This document shows, in pieces, positions 38,309 through 46,899 of a stretch of 62,758 bases of DNA. The translations under genes were made by a program, and so were the position numbers. Numbering within the stretch: position 1 is the first letter of the stretch; each line of letters opens with the position of its first letter. Below the pieces are notes generated by a model. The model was given only the letters and a program-made list of their open reading frames with translations, made no database searches and was not told the DNA's origin. Source of the stretch: Acidobacteriota bacterium (GTDB lineage: Bacteria; Acidobacteriota; UBA6911); contig JAFGSS010000001.1 in NCBI GenBank assembly GCA_016934555.1, positions 1-62,758 of the forward strand, in the 5' to 3' direction.

Positions 38309-38480
38309 AGCCTCCTCCTTTCTCCCCCCTGCGGGCGATCATGACACGCCGACCGTCGAAGGGCTATGATCATTATGTCCCAGGAAGGGCCGAAAACAAA
38401 TGGGCCCCTTGCCTTCCGGGGCCCCATCGGGCAACCTACAAAAGAGGGCCTCGAGGACAGACCCGAGGGTGGAGACGCCT

Positions 38481-39008
38481 ATGGAAGCGAAAAACCGGTG
38501 CCCCGAATGCGGATACAGCTCCAATGAGGCCTTTACGGAATGTCCCGCCTGCGCCGCGGAAGAGAAGCCGGGGACCGGTTCCCCGAAAAACAAAATCACC
38601 CTGATTGTGGTGATCCTCCTCGCGCTCTGGGGGGTTTGGAGCTGGATCGGAGGCGATTCCGGCGCCGGGAATTCGGGGCGTGCGGAGCTCAGGATCAGCG
38701 CGGGGGAGAGGGTCGACCTCGCCGGCCACCTGGCCGAGGGTCGCCACACGGTCTTTCTCTTCTATGCCGACTGGTGACCCTCCTGCCGCAGAATACTGCC
38801 TCAGTTGGAGGCGGCCGACGCGCAATCCGATTTTTTCGAACTGCGGGAGATCGACATCACCGACTGGAACTCTTCCGTGGCCGGCCAGTACAACATCCGC
38901 AGCATCCCCCACTGCATGATTTACAGCCGTGACGGCGAGCTGAAGGAATCGGGTCCGGACGTCTGCTGGGCCGTCGTGGAGAATCCGTCGGCCCTGCTGC
39001 GGTACTGA
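38481..39008 (+). CDS. Membrane-anchored thioredoxin-like selenoprotein candidate (in-frame UGA at 38775-38777, motif W-U-P-S-C)
   Basis: GGTGGAG lies before the ATG at 38481. The protein has an N-terminal zinc ribbon (CPECG...CPAC) and a TM helix (ITLIVVILLALWGVWSWIG). The Trx fold then reads TVFLFYADW-TGA-PSCRRILPQLE...NIRSIPHCMIYSRDGE. The track ORFs 38400-38777 and 38805-39008 are in the same frame and are separated only by this TGA. Confidence 0.7.
38796..38814 (+). promoter_or_regulatory. Candidate SECIS hairpin for the Trx-like selenoprotein
   Basis: CTGCCTC AGTTG GAGGCGG is a 7-bp stem (one G-U pair) with a 5-nt loop containing GU. It begins 19 nt after the UGA. Confidence 0.4.
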
Positions 39009-39103
39009 CCGGATGTCGGGCTCCCGTTTTAGGGAGTACCCATCATGCGGGGAAACCTGTATCATTATCCCTGTATGTCAAAATTTGGTCTGGAGGAGAG
39101 AGA

Positions 39104-39430
39104 GTGTTACAAGTTACCGAAAAAGCGAGTGAGATGATCAGGCTTTATCTCAAGGACAGGACAGACGCTCCGTCCATCCGCCTCATGCTGAACGAAGGGG
39201 GTTGATCGGGGCCCTCCGTGGGCATGACTCTGGATGAGTCAACGGAAAACGACGCGTCTTTTGAAAACAATGGGATCACCTTTGTCGTCGACAAGGAATT
39301 TCTGGAACAGATCCAGCCCGTGACGATCGATTTCGTGTCGACCCCCATGGGAGAGGGATTTCAGATCTCCTCCAACCTCCCGAAACCCGAAGGAGCCTGC
39401 GGCTCCTGCGCCGGGTCCTGCAACTCCTGA
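39104..39430 (+). CDS. HesB/IscA-like selenoprotein candidate (in-frame UGA at 39203-39205, motif G-G-U-S-G)
   Basis: GTG at 39104 follows GGAGGAG. The translation reads VLQVTEKASEMIRLYLKDRTDAPSIRLMLNEGG-TGA-SGPSVGMTLDE...GITFVVDKEF...GACGSCAGSC. The TGA occupies the conserved Cys of the IscA/HesB GGCSG motif. The track ORF 39218-39430 is the in-frame downstream half. Confidence 0.7.
39225..39241 (+). promoter_or_regulatory. Candidate SECIS hairpin for the HesB-like selenoprotein
   Basis: TGACTC TGGAT GAGTCA is a 6-bp stem with a 5-nt loop, starting 20 nt after the UGA. A smaller hairpin, GCCC-TCCGT-GGGC, lies at 39211-39223. Confidence 0.35.
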
Positions 39431-39510
39431 CACGATCCAAAACCACGACACGCCAGCCGGCGCCCCTTGCCGGGCGCCGGCCTTTGTTTCAGGACCCGAT
39501 CGGGAGAAGC

Positions 39511-40590
39511 CTAATCCGGCCAGGTGGGTCCGGGCAGGGGCGGAAGCTGGCGCGTCATGAGGGCCCGGATGGCCCGGTTGAACCCGTCCGGTTCCGATGC
39601 CTCCAGCCGGCGGACCTCCGATGCCGCCTCCTCCATGACAGGGGCGTCCTCCGCCACCTCCAGGGGCAACAGCCCCGGATAAGAGCGCTGGATCAACGCA
39701 AACGCCTTCTGCCGCTCCGGGTCGAGGGCCAGAAACCGGTCGATCTCGTCGAGCATGGCCCCCTTGTCCCGGTCCAGGCGGCCGTCCACCTGCATGAGCA
39801 GGTTGAGGCTGAAATCGCCGCAGCGGAAATGGGCCGGCATTTCGTCGAGATGCTCGACGAGCAGCCGGATCTCGGCCACGATTTCCACATCCGTCATCGG
39901 CTCGAAGGCACCTTCCCGCGTCATCCGCTCGAGCGGCGACAGGGGGTGGATGGCCAGGGTGCGCACGCGGACGTAATCGGGACGGATCCGGTTGAGGATT
40001 TTCGCGGTCTCCAGGGCGTGATCCCGGCTCAGTCGGCGCCCCCCCACTCCCGGCATGATGTACTCGGAAAGCGATATCCCGGAGGAGACCACGTGCAGTC
40101 CCCCCGCAAGGATATCGTCGGGGGTGTTCCCCTTCCGGATCAATTCGAGCACCTCGGCCGAGCCGCTTTCCATCCCCGAGTGGATCCGGGTGAGGACCGC
40201 CTCCCTCAGCCGGCCGAGATCCTCGACGCTCTTCCCCTTCATGGTCTTGGCCCGCGCGTAAGTGGTCACGCGCCGGACCGATGGGAAGCGCATACGGATA
40301 TGGCCGATGATGTCGAGCAGCTCATCGGTGGGCACGACCAGACTGTCGGCATCCTGCAGGAAGGCCGATTCGGGAGCGAGGCCGCGGGACGCATAAAGCT
40401 CGGCCATCCGGTCGACGTCCCGCCTGACCTCCTCCACCGGGCGCTTGGAGAATTTCAGCCCCTTGAAGGGGGGGCAGATGTGGCAGCGGTTCCAGGGGCA
40501 GTTGCGGGTGACGCGCACCAGCAGGCTGCCGGCCTCGTTGGGGGGGCGGATGGCGCCTTGTTCGAACATGATTTCAGACTCCTGTCCCAT
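39511..40590 (-). CDS. Radical SAM domain protein with non-canonical Cx4Cx2C spacing
   Basis: The translation reads [21 protein letters not shown] checked the spacing on the nucleotide sequence: tgc ccc tgg aac cgc tgc cac atc tgc. An alternative start lies at 40569 (MFEQG). Confidence 0.7.
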   Translation of the reverse strand: MGQESEIMFEQGAIRPPNEAGSLLVRVTRNCPWNRCHICPPFKGLKFSKRPVEEVRRDVDRMAELYASRGLAPESAFLQDADSLVVPTDELLDIIGHIRMRFPSVRRVTTYARAKTMKGKSVEDLGRLREAVLTRIHSGMESGSAEVLELIRKGNTPDDILAGGLHVVSSGISLSEYIMPGVGGRRLSRDHALETAKILNRIRPDYVRVRTLAIHPLSPLERMTREGAFEPMTDVEIVAEIRLLVEHLDEMPAHFRCGDFSLNLLMQVDGRLDRDKGAMLDEIDRFLALDPERQKAFALIQRSYPGLLPLEVAEDAPVMEEAASEVRRLEASEPDGFNRAIRALMTRQLPPLPGPTWPD

Positions 40591-40619
40591 TCTCGCCGGC
40601 CTCCAGTCTCCCGGCGTTC

Positions 40620-41483
40620 TCAGTTCTCGGCGCAGACGACGCCGCGCAGCATCCGGATGTTGTCGCGGACGTGGGGGCTGTCTTCCGGGGCCGCGGTCCG
40701 GGTGAGGTAGACCTCGAGCGACGCGAGGGCCCGGGCAAAAAGGCCGGTCTGCATGTAGAGGAGGCCCCGGTCCCTGATTTCCGACGGGACCCCCGGGTTC
40801 AGCATCAGGATCTTGTCCACGGCCGAGAGGGCCTTCAGGTGCTCTTCCCTCTGGGTGTAGATCGCCTTCAGGTTGTAGAGCATCCGGGTGAGGATCGCCC
40901 TGTTTCCCATCGGCTCGAGCAGCGCCGCGTCCACCGTTATCGCCCCGTCGTGGATCCGGTCGAGCAGTTCCTGGCAGTCGCTGAGGGTGAGGATGCGGCC
41001 GCGGTGGAAGGGGTCGATGAGAATGCCCCGGCCCGCCGCCTTGTGCTTGACGAGGAAATGTCCCGGGAGCCCGACCCCGCCTATCGGGAACCCGATGCGG
41101 CGGGCGACCTCCATGTAGATGATCGACAGGGAGATCGGGATCCCGAGGCGGCGGTCGAGAACCTCGTTCAGGAAGCTGTTCCGGGGATCGTAATAATCCT
41201 CCCCGTTGCCGCTGAGCCCCTCCTGGACAAACAGGACCTCGTTGAGCCCATCGATGACGCGGGCGGGTTCCCGGCTGTCCCCGATGAGGACCTCCGCACG
41301 GGCGGCCAGGACATCCAGTCGCCTCAGGTACCCGTCCGTGTCCAGCCCGGGGTATTCCTCGGCCGCGATGGCGAGGGCCGCCCGGTCCAGGGGCAGGGCG
41401 CCGTCATCCAGGACCGCCATCGCCCCAAAGGCCTGCTGTGCTTTCAGAATATCGATGATCACCGGGGCCTCGAAAAACTCCAT
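40620..41483 (-). CDS. Transglutaminase-like/TPR protein (SirB1 / UPF0162 family)
   Basis: [50 protein letters not shown] plus a C-terminal TPR-like region. Confidence 0.7.
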   Translation of the reverse strand: MEFFEAPVIIDILKAQQAFGAMAVLDDGALPLDRAALAIAAEEYPGLDTDGYLRRLDVLAARAEVLIGDSREPARVIDGLNEVLFVQEGLSGNGEDYYDPRNSFLNEVLDRRLGIPISLSIIYMEVARRIGFPIGGVGLPGHFLVKHKAAGRGILIDPFHRGRILTLSDCQELLDRIHDGAITVDAALLEPMGNRAILTRMLYNLKAIYTQREEHLKALSAVDKILMLNPGVPSEIRDRGLLYMQTGLFARALASLEVYLTRTAAPEDSPHVRDNIRMLRGVVCAEN

Positions 41484-41545
41484 CCGGCCCGGGGGAAATG
41501 CCCTTTCGACCGGACGGTCGCTGCGGGAGGGTCCAAACCCGCCCT

Positions 41546-42409
41546 TCAGCGGGGGAACACGAGCGGGGTGCGCAACCGGAACTCCAAAATGGTCTCCGCC
41601 GGTATCTTGAGGGTCTCTCCCCTGGTGACCACCTGCACCCCGGTACCGACCGCGGCGCCCGAAGCCGCGCCGATGGCCGCCCCCTTCCCTCCCCCGGCGA
41701 TGGCGCCGATGATGGCGCCGAGCGCGGCGGTTCCGCCCACGGTCGCCGCCGTGCGGTTGCCGCGGGAAGCGCCGACTTCGGTGTAATCGGAGGTGTCCAG
41801 GATGTGCGACCGGCCGTCGACGACGAGTTCCGTCAGTTCCAGGACGAGTTCGGACCGCCCGGCCAGCTTCCCCGATTCCCGGGAAAAAGCGATGCGGCCC
41901 TTCACCAGCGAGCCGCGGGGGGCCACCGTCCGGTCGCCGGAAACCAGCGGATCCTCCAGGATGGCCTCGAAAACGTCCCCGACGCGGTTACGGTCGGTGT
42001 CGATGGCCGAGGTGGTCCGGACGGTCACCGCGGTCCCCGCGGCGAATACGGTCCCGTCCGCGGTCGCGGCAGCCGGGGTAACCGCACTTTCCGCCGCAGT
42101 CCCGGCATCCGTCGAAAGCGTTTCCCCGGCCTCGACCGGCGGGAGTTCCCGGGCCGCCTGCGCCGCGGCGGGAGCCTCCGCCTGAATGGGTTCCGGCTGA
42201 GTGAACGTAATCCGGTCGATATCGGCAACCGGGAAGATCTCTATCCTCCCGAGGACGCGGAATTCCACCGTATCCGCATCTCCACGCATGAATTTCCCGG
42301 AATAGGCGGTTCCGTCCCTGAGCACGATCTGGTCGGCCCGGGCGATTCCCCCCAGGATCATGATCGCCGCGAGACTCGCGGTAATGACGGATTTCAACCC
42401 CATACGCAT
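41546..42409 (-). CDS. Secreted protein with C-terminal glycine-zipper segment
   Basis: AGGAGGGGGA lies before the ATG at 42409. Signal peptide, then [33 protein letters not shown]. Confidence 0.5.
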   Translation of the reverse strand: MRMGLKSVITASLAAIMILGGIARADQIVLRDGTAYSGKFMRGDADTVEFRVLGRIEIFPVADIDRITFTQPEPIQAEAPAAAQAARELPPVEAGETLSTDAGTAAESAVTPAAATADGTVFAAGTAVTVRTTSAIDTDRNRVGDVFEAILEDPLVSGDRTVAPRGSLVKGRIAFSRESGKLAGRSELVLELTELVVDGRSHILDTSDYTEVGASRGNRTAATVGGTAALGAIIGAIAGGGKGAAIGAASGAAVGTGVQVVTRGETLKIPAETILEFRLRTPLVFPR

Positions 42410-42518
42410 ATCCCCCTCCTGTCGAAAAACCGTGGGACCCACCGCCCATACCTCCATGATGAGCCACCGGGCGGCCCGGATGCAACCGGTTCCCCGAAAA
42501 AACGCGAAGCGCGAGGAG

Positions 42519-43013
42519 CTAGCCGCGTGGCCTGTTTTGTGGATTCGGCTGCTCTTCCCCCTGAAACCCGTAGCGCAGCACCCTGACCTTGACCATCCTG
42601 CGGCCGAATTCGAGGCACTGTTCGTAGCTGGGGATGTAGATATCGATGATTCTGCCCTTGATCAGCGCCCCGGTGTCCAGGACCTGGTAGATGCCGCCCA
42701 TCAGGGGCGAATCGACGTAAATCATGGAACCCAATGGGATAACCCTGGGGTCGGCGGCCACGTGCCCCGGGGCCACGTGGATCCCGCTCTTGGTAATCCC
42801 GGTGACGCAGTAGGCGGTGGCCTGAAACTGCTTCATGTCCTGGGAAACCGGCGGGAAATCCGTAAGATTCTGATAATTAAAAACTTGCGCGTCGACGGTC
42901 GGGGAGCATTCCCGGCGGGTGACGTGAAGCAGACACGCGAATCCCGCGATGACGATGAGGATGCGGAGGCGGCTCATCCGCCGCCAGCTTACGAAACGTT
43001 TTTCCTTCAGCAT
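42519..43013 (-). CDS. 3D-domain (MltA/RlpA-like double-psi beta-barrel) protein
   Basis: TM/signal anchor, then ATAYCVTGITKSGIHVAPGHVAADPRVIPLGSMIYVD...DTGALIKGRIIDIYI. Confidence 0.7.
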   Translation of the reverse strand: MLKEKRFVSWRRMSRLRILIVIAGFACLLHVTRRECSPTVDAQVFNYQNLTDFPPVSQDMKQFQATAYCVTGITKSGIHVAPGHVAADPRVIPLGSMIYVDSPLMGGIYQVLDTGALIKGRIIDIYIPSYEQCLEFGRRMVKVRVLRYGFQGEEQPNPQNRPRG

Positions 43014-43219
43014 AGGGGTCCTCTCATTCAGGAAGGGGACTATCCCTTTCCTGCAATGGTGTAATGAATCAGCAGCAGGGACTAATGGGGAGGGAAAAAG
43101 AGACGTTTGCGCAAGTTGCACAACGGAAAATGAAAGGTTTCACCAGACTATCGCCAAACATGGGAAAAAGGCTACCAGACGGGAGCGCCGCAAGGCAAAT
43201 GTTATTTTGGGGGGGGAAC

Positions 43220-43256
43220 CCGGCGGCAGGCGGTGCGAAAAACCACCTGCCGCCGG
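43220..43256 (-). terminator. Strong GC hairpin downstream of the 43275-43844 gene
   Basis: CCGGCGGCAGG...CCTGCCGCCGG is an 11-bp perfect stem with an inner GGTG/CACC extension. No clear U-tract follows. Confidence 0.4.
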
Positions 43257-43274
43257 TGGAACCATGGGCCTTGG

Positions 43275-43844
43275 TCAGTAGAGCCTGAAGAACAGCGTCC
43301 TGCCTCGGCCGGTGGCGCCCCCCGTATCCGGATCGAACACCATGACCGGCTTCGGGTCCTTCTCCTCCACCGCAAAGGCCACCCAACCTTCGACCGACCC
43401 GCCCGGCTTCACGATCCCGGCCATGGGCGGGGCCGGCACCTTGACCGGCACCCGCTCATACTCGGTCAGATCCTCCGAGAGTGCGACCCATTCGAGCGGC
43501 GCCTCCCCGAGGGTGAAGGTGAGGGTATCGCTGACGGCCCTCCCCTTCAGTTCGAACCTGACGCGCGCCAGGATGTATTCCATCCCCGCCCGGGGTGCCG
43601 GGTTATCCGGATCTGCCGCCCTGAGGCGCTCGAGCGCCTCCCGGCCGCGCACGATTTCGACCACGGTGATGGCGATGTCGTAGATGTTCGAATAAACCGA
43701 TCCGAGTTCAACCATGGACCGCACCCGGGAGCCAATGGCAGCCGGTTTCGTCGAGGAATTCTCCTGCGCCGCCGCCGGCTCGAGCCCGCCGGCGGCCGCC
43801 AGCACCAGGATCCCTGCCATAAACACTGCGAATCTGCTTTTCAT
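43275..43844 (-). CDS. Secreted hypothetical protein (DUF4352-like beta-sandwich suspected)
   Basis: AGGAG lies before the ATG at 43844. Signal peptide MKSRFAVFMAGILVLAAAGG. It starts 8 nt after the upstream selenoprotein-candidate stop. Confidence 0.5.
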   Translation of the reverse strand: MKSRFAVFMAGILVLAAAGGLEPAAAQENSSTKPAAIGSRVRSMVELGSVYSNIYDIAITVVEIVRGREALERLRAADPDNPAPRAGMEYILARVRFELKGRAVSDTLTFTLGEAPLEWVALSEDLTEYERVPVKVPAPPMAGIVKPGGSVEGWVAFAVEEKDPKPVMVFDPDTGGATGRGRTLFFRLY

Positions 43845-43851
43845 AGGTCTC

Positions 43852-45633
43852 CTATCTCCAGTCATCCACGCTGGCGCTCCCCACATAGCCGAAATCCCCG
43901 CCGGACCAGAAGGTGTTCGTACCCCCTCCCGTGACGACGATTTCAATGGATGTGGAGGTTTCGTTGCTGTCCCTGGACGCCATGAATGCCGGGTTGCGCC
44001 CGGCGGAGGCGCTGCGGGTGTACCGGGAAACGGGGACCACCGCCCCCTCGCCCTGCCGGAGCCACCCGGCGTAGGGCTCCACCCCCTTCTTCGCCTGCTC
44101 CAGCGCCCGCTCGTTTTGAGACCAGTAGAGCCACCCCGGCGTTCCGGTGTTTTCAGCGAGGTATTTCGCGAACGATTCCTTGGTGGGGTGGCCGTTCGCC
44201 GCCACGTCCGCCGCGACGATCGGGTCGAGGACGAGCGTGGCCTGGGTGGTGCCGAAGGAGAAGAAATGCTCCAGCCAGCCCCGGATAACCTCGTGAATCG
44301 GCAGCGGCGAGTACCACGCGATGTCGCTCATGCTCCAGCCGCTGAAGACGCTGACGACGCTATCCGATTTTTTGAATCCCTTCTGCACGTGAAGCGGCTT
44401 CCAGCCCGCCGGCAACCCCGCCTCGTTTTCCGGGAAACAGAGGTTGTTATAGTTCAGAGGGTTCCCCTGGCTCCCGAGGTAGGTTTCCCCCGGTTTCCCC
44501 GAACCGCCGAGATTCTTGGAAATCAGGGTCCAGCACCGGCCGATGGCGCTGTTGGCCCGGTTGACGGGTCCCATCGCCCCGATCCCCGTATTCATCCCGA
44601 TTTCGTCCACTACCGGCCCGTTGACCACGACCATCCGGGCGAAGGACGAAGTGGAACTGAACATCGAGGTGACCCCCTTGCCCGCCAGGGCCAGGATCGT
44701 GGGGAAATATTCCGGCTTGGCGCCCGCCATCACGGCGTTCACGGCCACCATCTCGACGGTGTAATACCAGGCTTCGTGCGGGGGGGAGGGGCGCATCTGT
44801 CCCACCCACTCGTCCGGCTGGCGGCTCGTGGCCTTCAGCATCTCGGCGACCTTTTCCTCGGTCGGAAGGATGACGGGATTGCCGTCGGTGAATCCCTGCT
44901 CGTGGAAATACTCCATGAGCTTTTCGGGGGTATCGGGCGGCAGCAGCCGCGTCCGCGCCTCCCGCGGTAGAAAACCGGCCTTGCCGTCCTCGGCCGAAAG
45001 CGGGCGGCTCAGTCCGGCGTATATCTGCCCGAGCATCGGCTGGCCCGAGTTGGGATCGTTCCCGGCGACATATTGGCGGCACAGTTCCGCCGGACGGTCG
45101 GTGATGGGGTGGGGGGTATAGGTGATCCGCATGTTGGGGATCCCCTTCTTGTAGGAGATCGTGGTCACGAGCTCCTTGAAACGCGCCGTGATGATGGGGA
45201 CCGCGGGCACGCCCATCCTTTCCAGGGTCACTGCATGGCCGACGACCGCCGGCGAGCAGCTGCTTCAATGCCCCACCAGGACGATGGCCCCCGCGGCCTT
45301 CGCCTTGACCTCCTTCCAGAGGTTCGGGTCATCATCCATGTACCCGCCGATCTTGTCCTTCAGTACCCACGTCGTCGCGGGATACTTCGCCTTGAGGGCC
45401 GCATGGAGCTCCTCGACGAAGGGCTTCGTGTTCGGATACTTGGTGTCCACGATGTAGACCGTCTTGCCGTCGAGCGAAGCGGGACGCGCCGCCATGGGAA
45501 TCTTGCGAATTTCGGGCTTGATCCCCTGGGGATTCATCACCACTATCCGGGCCGGGTCCGCCGTCCATCCGACCGATGCGGCCGCAGCCGCCATGAGGGC
45601 AAGGCCCAGTATTTTGACCGCCGTGTTTTTCAT
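43852..45633 (-). CDS. UGSC-like selenoprotein candidate with large C-terminal domain (in-frame UGA at 45267-45265, motif H-U-S-S-C)
   Basis: GGGAGG lies before the ATG at 45633. The minus-strand read is ...GAIVLVGH-TGA-SSCSPAVVGHAVTLERMGVPAVPIITARF..., verified on the nucleotide sequence. The track ORFs 45265-45687 and 43852-45231 are in the same frame, 12 codons apart, with this TGA the only stop between them. The N-terminus resembles a signal peptide or membrane anchor. Confidence 0.65.
45231..45259 (-). promoter_or_regulatory. Candidate SECIS hairpin for the USSC selenoprotein
   Basis: On the minus strand: CUGC-UC-GCCG-[GCGGUCGU]-CGGC-CAU-GCAG. The apical loop contains GGUC about 21-24 nt from the U of the UGA, similar in position to the E. 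coli fdhF SECIS loop. Confidence 0.4.
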
Positions 45634-45675
45634 ACCATCAACCTCCCGCTGAATGAATTGGAGCCGCCGCTCCCG

Positions 45676-45693
45676 AATTCCATGCATGGAATT
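45676..45693. promoter_or_regulatory. 18-bp perfect palindrome AATTCCATGCATGGAATT in a divergent intergenic region
   Basis: It lies between the selenoprotein-candidate operon (start 45633, minus strand) and hypA (start 45876, plus strand). This is a candidate dimeric-regulator operator. Confidence 0.35.
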
Positions 45694-45875
45694 GCCTGAA
45701 GACCCATTAAATCACAAATCGGCCGGAATCGCTCGGTCCAAATCAGGGGCAAACCGCCGCGGGAATAAAAAGGGGCTGTTAGCCATCGGGCCCCGCGTAT
45801 GGTAATCTAACCTGTTTGGTGAAAAATGAAGCCAAGACGCAATACCTGTGCCACCCTCGCCTCCGGTTTGTCATC

Positions 45876-46238
45876 ATGCATGAACTAGGCATCGCGCAGA
45901 ACATCATGGAAATTGTCCGGCAGTCGGTCCCCGAAGGACTGGCCCGGGACATCAGGAAGATCAGGGTCCGGGTCGGGCAGTTCGCGGGAGTGGTCCCCGA
46001 TTCGCTCGATTTCTGCTTCGGCGTGATGGCGGGGGAATCGGAGATGCCGCGGGCGGCGCTCCTCATCGAGGAGGTGCCCACGGCCTGCCGCTGCCGGGGG
46101 TGCGGACGGGAATTCGAGATGGAAGAACTGGTGTTCCTCTGCCCCCACTGCGGCGGCACCGACCTGGAGGTGATTTCGGGCAAGGAACTGGAGGTCGTGG
46201 ACATCGAACTGGTGGATCATGGCGGTGAGGCCTTATGA
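45876..46238 (+). CDS. hypA: Hydrogenase nickel insertion protein HypA
   Basis: MHELGIAQNIMEIV... with CRCRGCG...CPHCGG zinc motifs. Confidence 0.9.
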   Translation: MHELGIAQNIMEIVRQSVPEGLARDIRKIRVRVGQFAGVVPDSLDFCFGVMAGESEMPRAALLIEEVPTACRCRGCGREFEMEELVFLCPHCGGTDLEVISGKELEVVDIELVDHGGEAL

Positions 46239-46891
46239 GCATAGTGACCATTGAGCGGAAAGTACTCGAAAAGAACGACCAGATCGCCGAGCGGAACCGG
46301 CGCTTCTTCCGGGACCGGGGGATCTTCGTCCTGAACCTCGTCAGCAGCCCGGGCGCCGGGAAGACCTCCATCCTGGAAAAGACTTTCGAGCGGTTGCGGG
46401 ACGACTGCAGGATGGCCGTCATCGAGGGGGACGTCCAGACCGACCTGGACGCCCAGCGGGTGGCCGAGTACCAGGTCCCCGTGGTCCAGATCGTGACCAT
46501 GGGGGGCTGCCACCTCGAGGCGGGCCTGGTGGCCGACGCCATGGGAAAACTGGACCTGGACTCCGTCGACCTGCTCTTCATCGAAAATGTCGGGAACCTG
46601 GTCTGCCCTTCCGGCTACGACCTCGGGGAGGCGCTGAAGGTGGTGGTCCTGAGTACGACCGAGGGGGACGACAAACCCCTGAAGTACCCGGCGATGTTCC
46701 GCAACGCATCGGTCCTCCTCATCAACAAGACCGACCTGATCCCCTACGTGAACTGCCGGCTCGACGTCCTGCGCGGCAACGCCCTTAAAATCAATCCCGA
46801 TCTCCGGGTTTTTGAAATATCCTGCTCCACGGGCGCCGGGATCGACGCCTGGTGCGAATGGCTCAGGGGAAAGGGCGCTTCCGGGCAGTGA
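46235..46891 (+). CDS. hypB: Hydrogenase nickel-incorporation GTPase HypB
   Basis: P-loop SSPGAGKTSILE, ENVGNLVCP and LINKTDL. The ATG overlaps the hypA stop (ATGA). Confidence 0.9.
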   Translation: MSIVTIERKVLEKNDQIAERNRRFFRDRGIFVLNLVSSPGAGKTSILEKTFERLRDDCRMAVIEGDVQTDLDAQRVAEYQVPVVQIVTMGGCHLEAGLVADAMGKLDLDSVDLLFIENVGNLVCPSGYDLGEALKVVVLSTTEGDDKPLKYPAMFRNASVLLINKTDLIPYVNCRLDVLRGNALKINPDLRVFEISCSTGAGIDAWCEWLRGKGASGQ

Positions 46892-46899
46892 TTCAAAGG

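Noticed and set aside
38402-38424. GGGCCCC-N9-GGGGCCC hairpin in the 5' leader of the Trx-like selenoprotein gene
   Set aside because: It is a short GC hairpin of a kind expected by chance at this GC content, with no flanking U-tract or recognisable riboswitch features. I noted it only.
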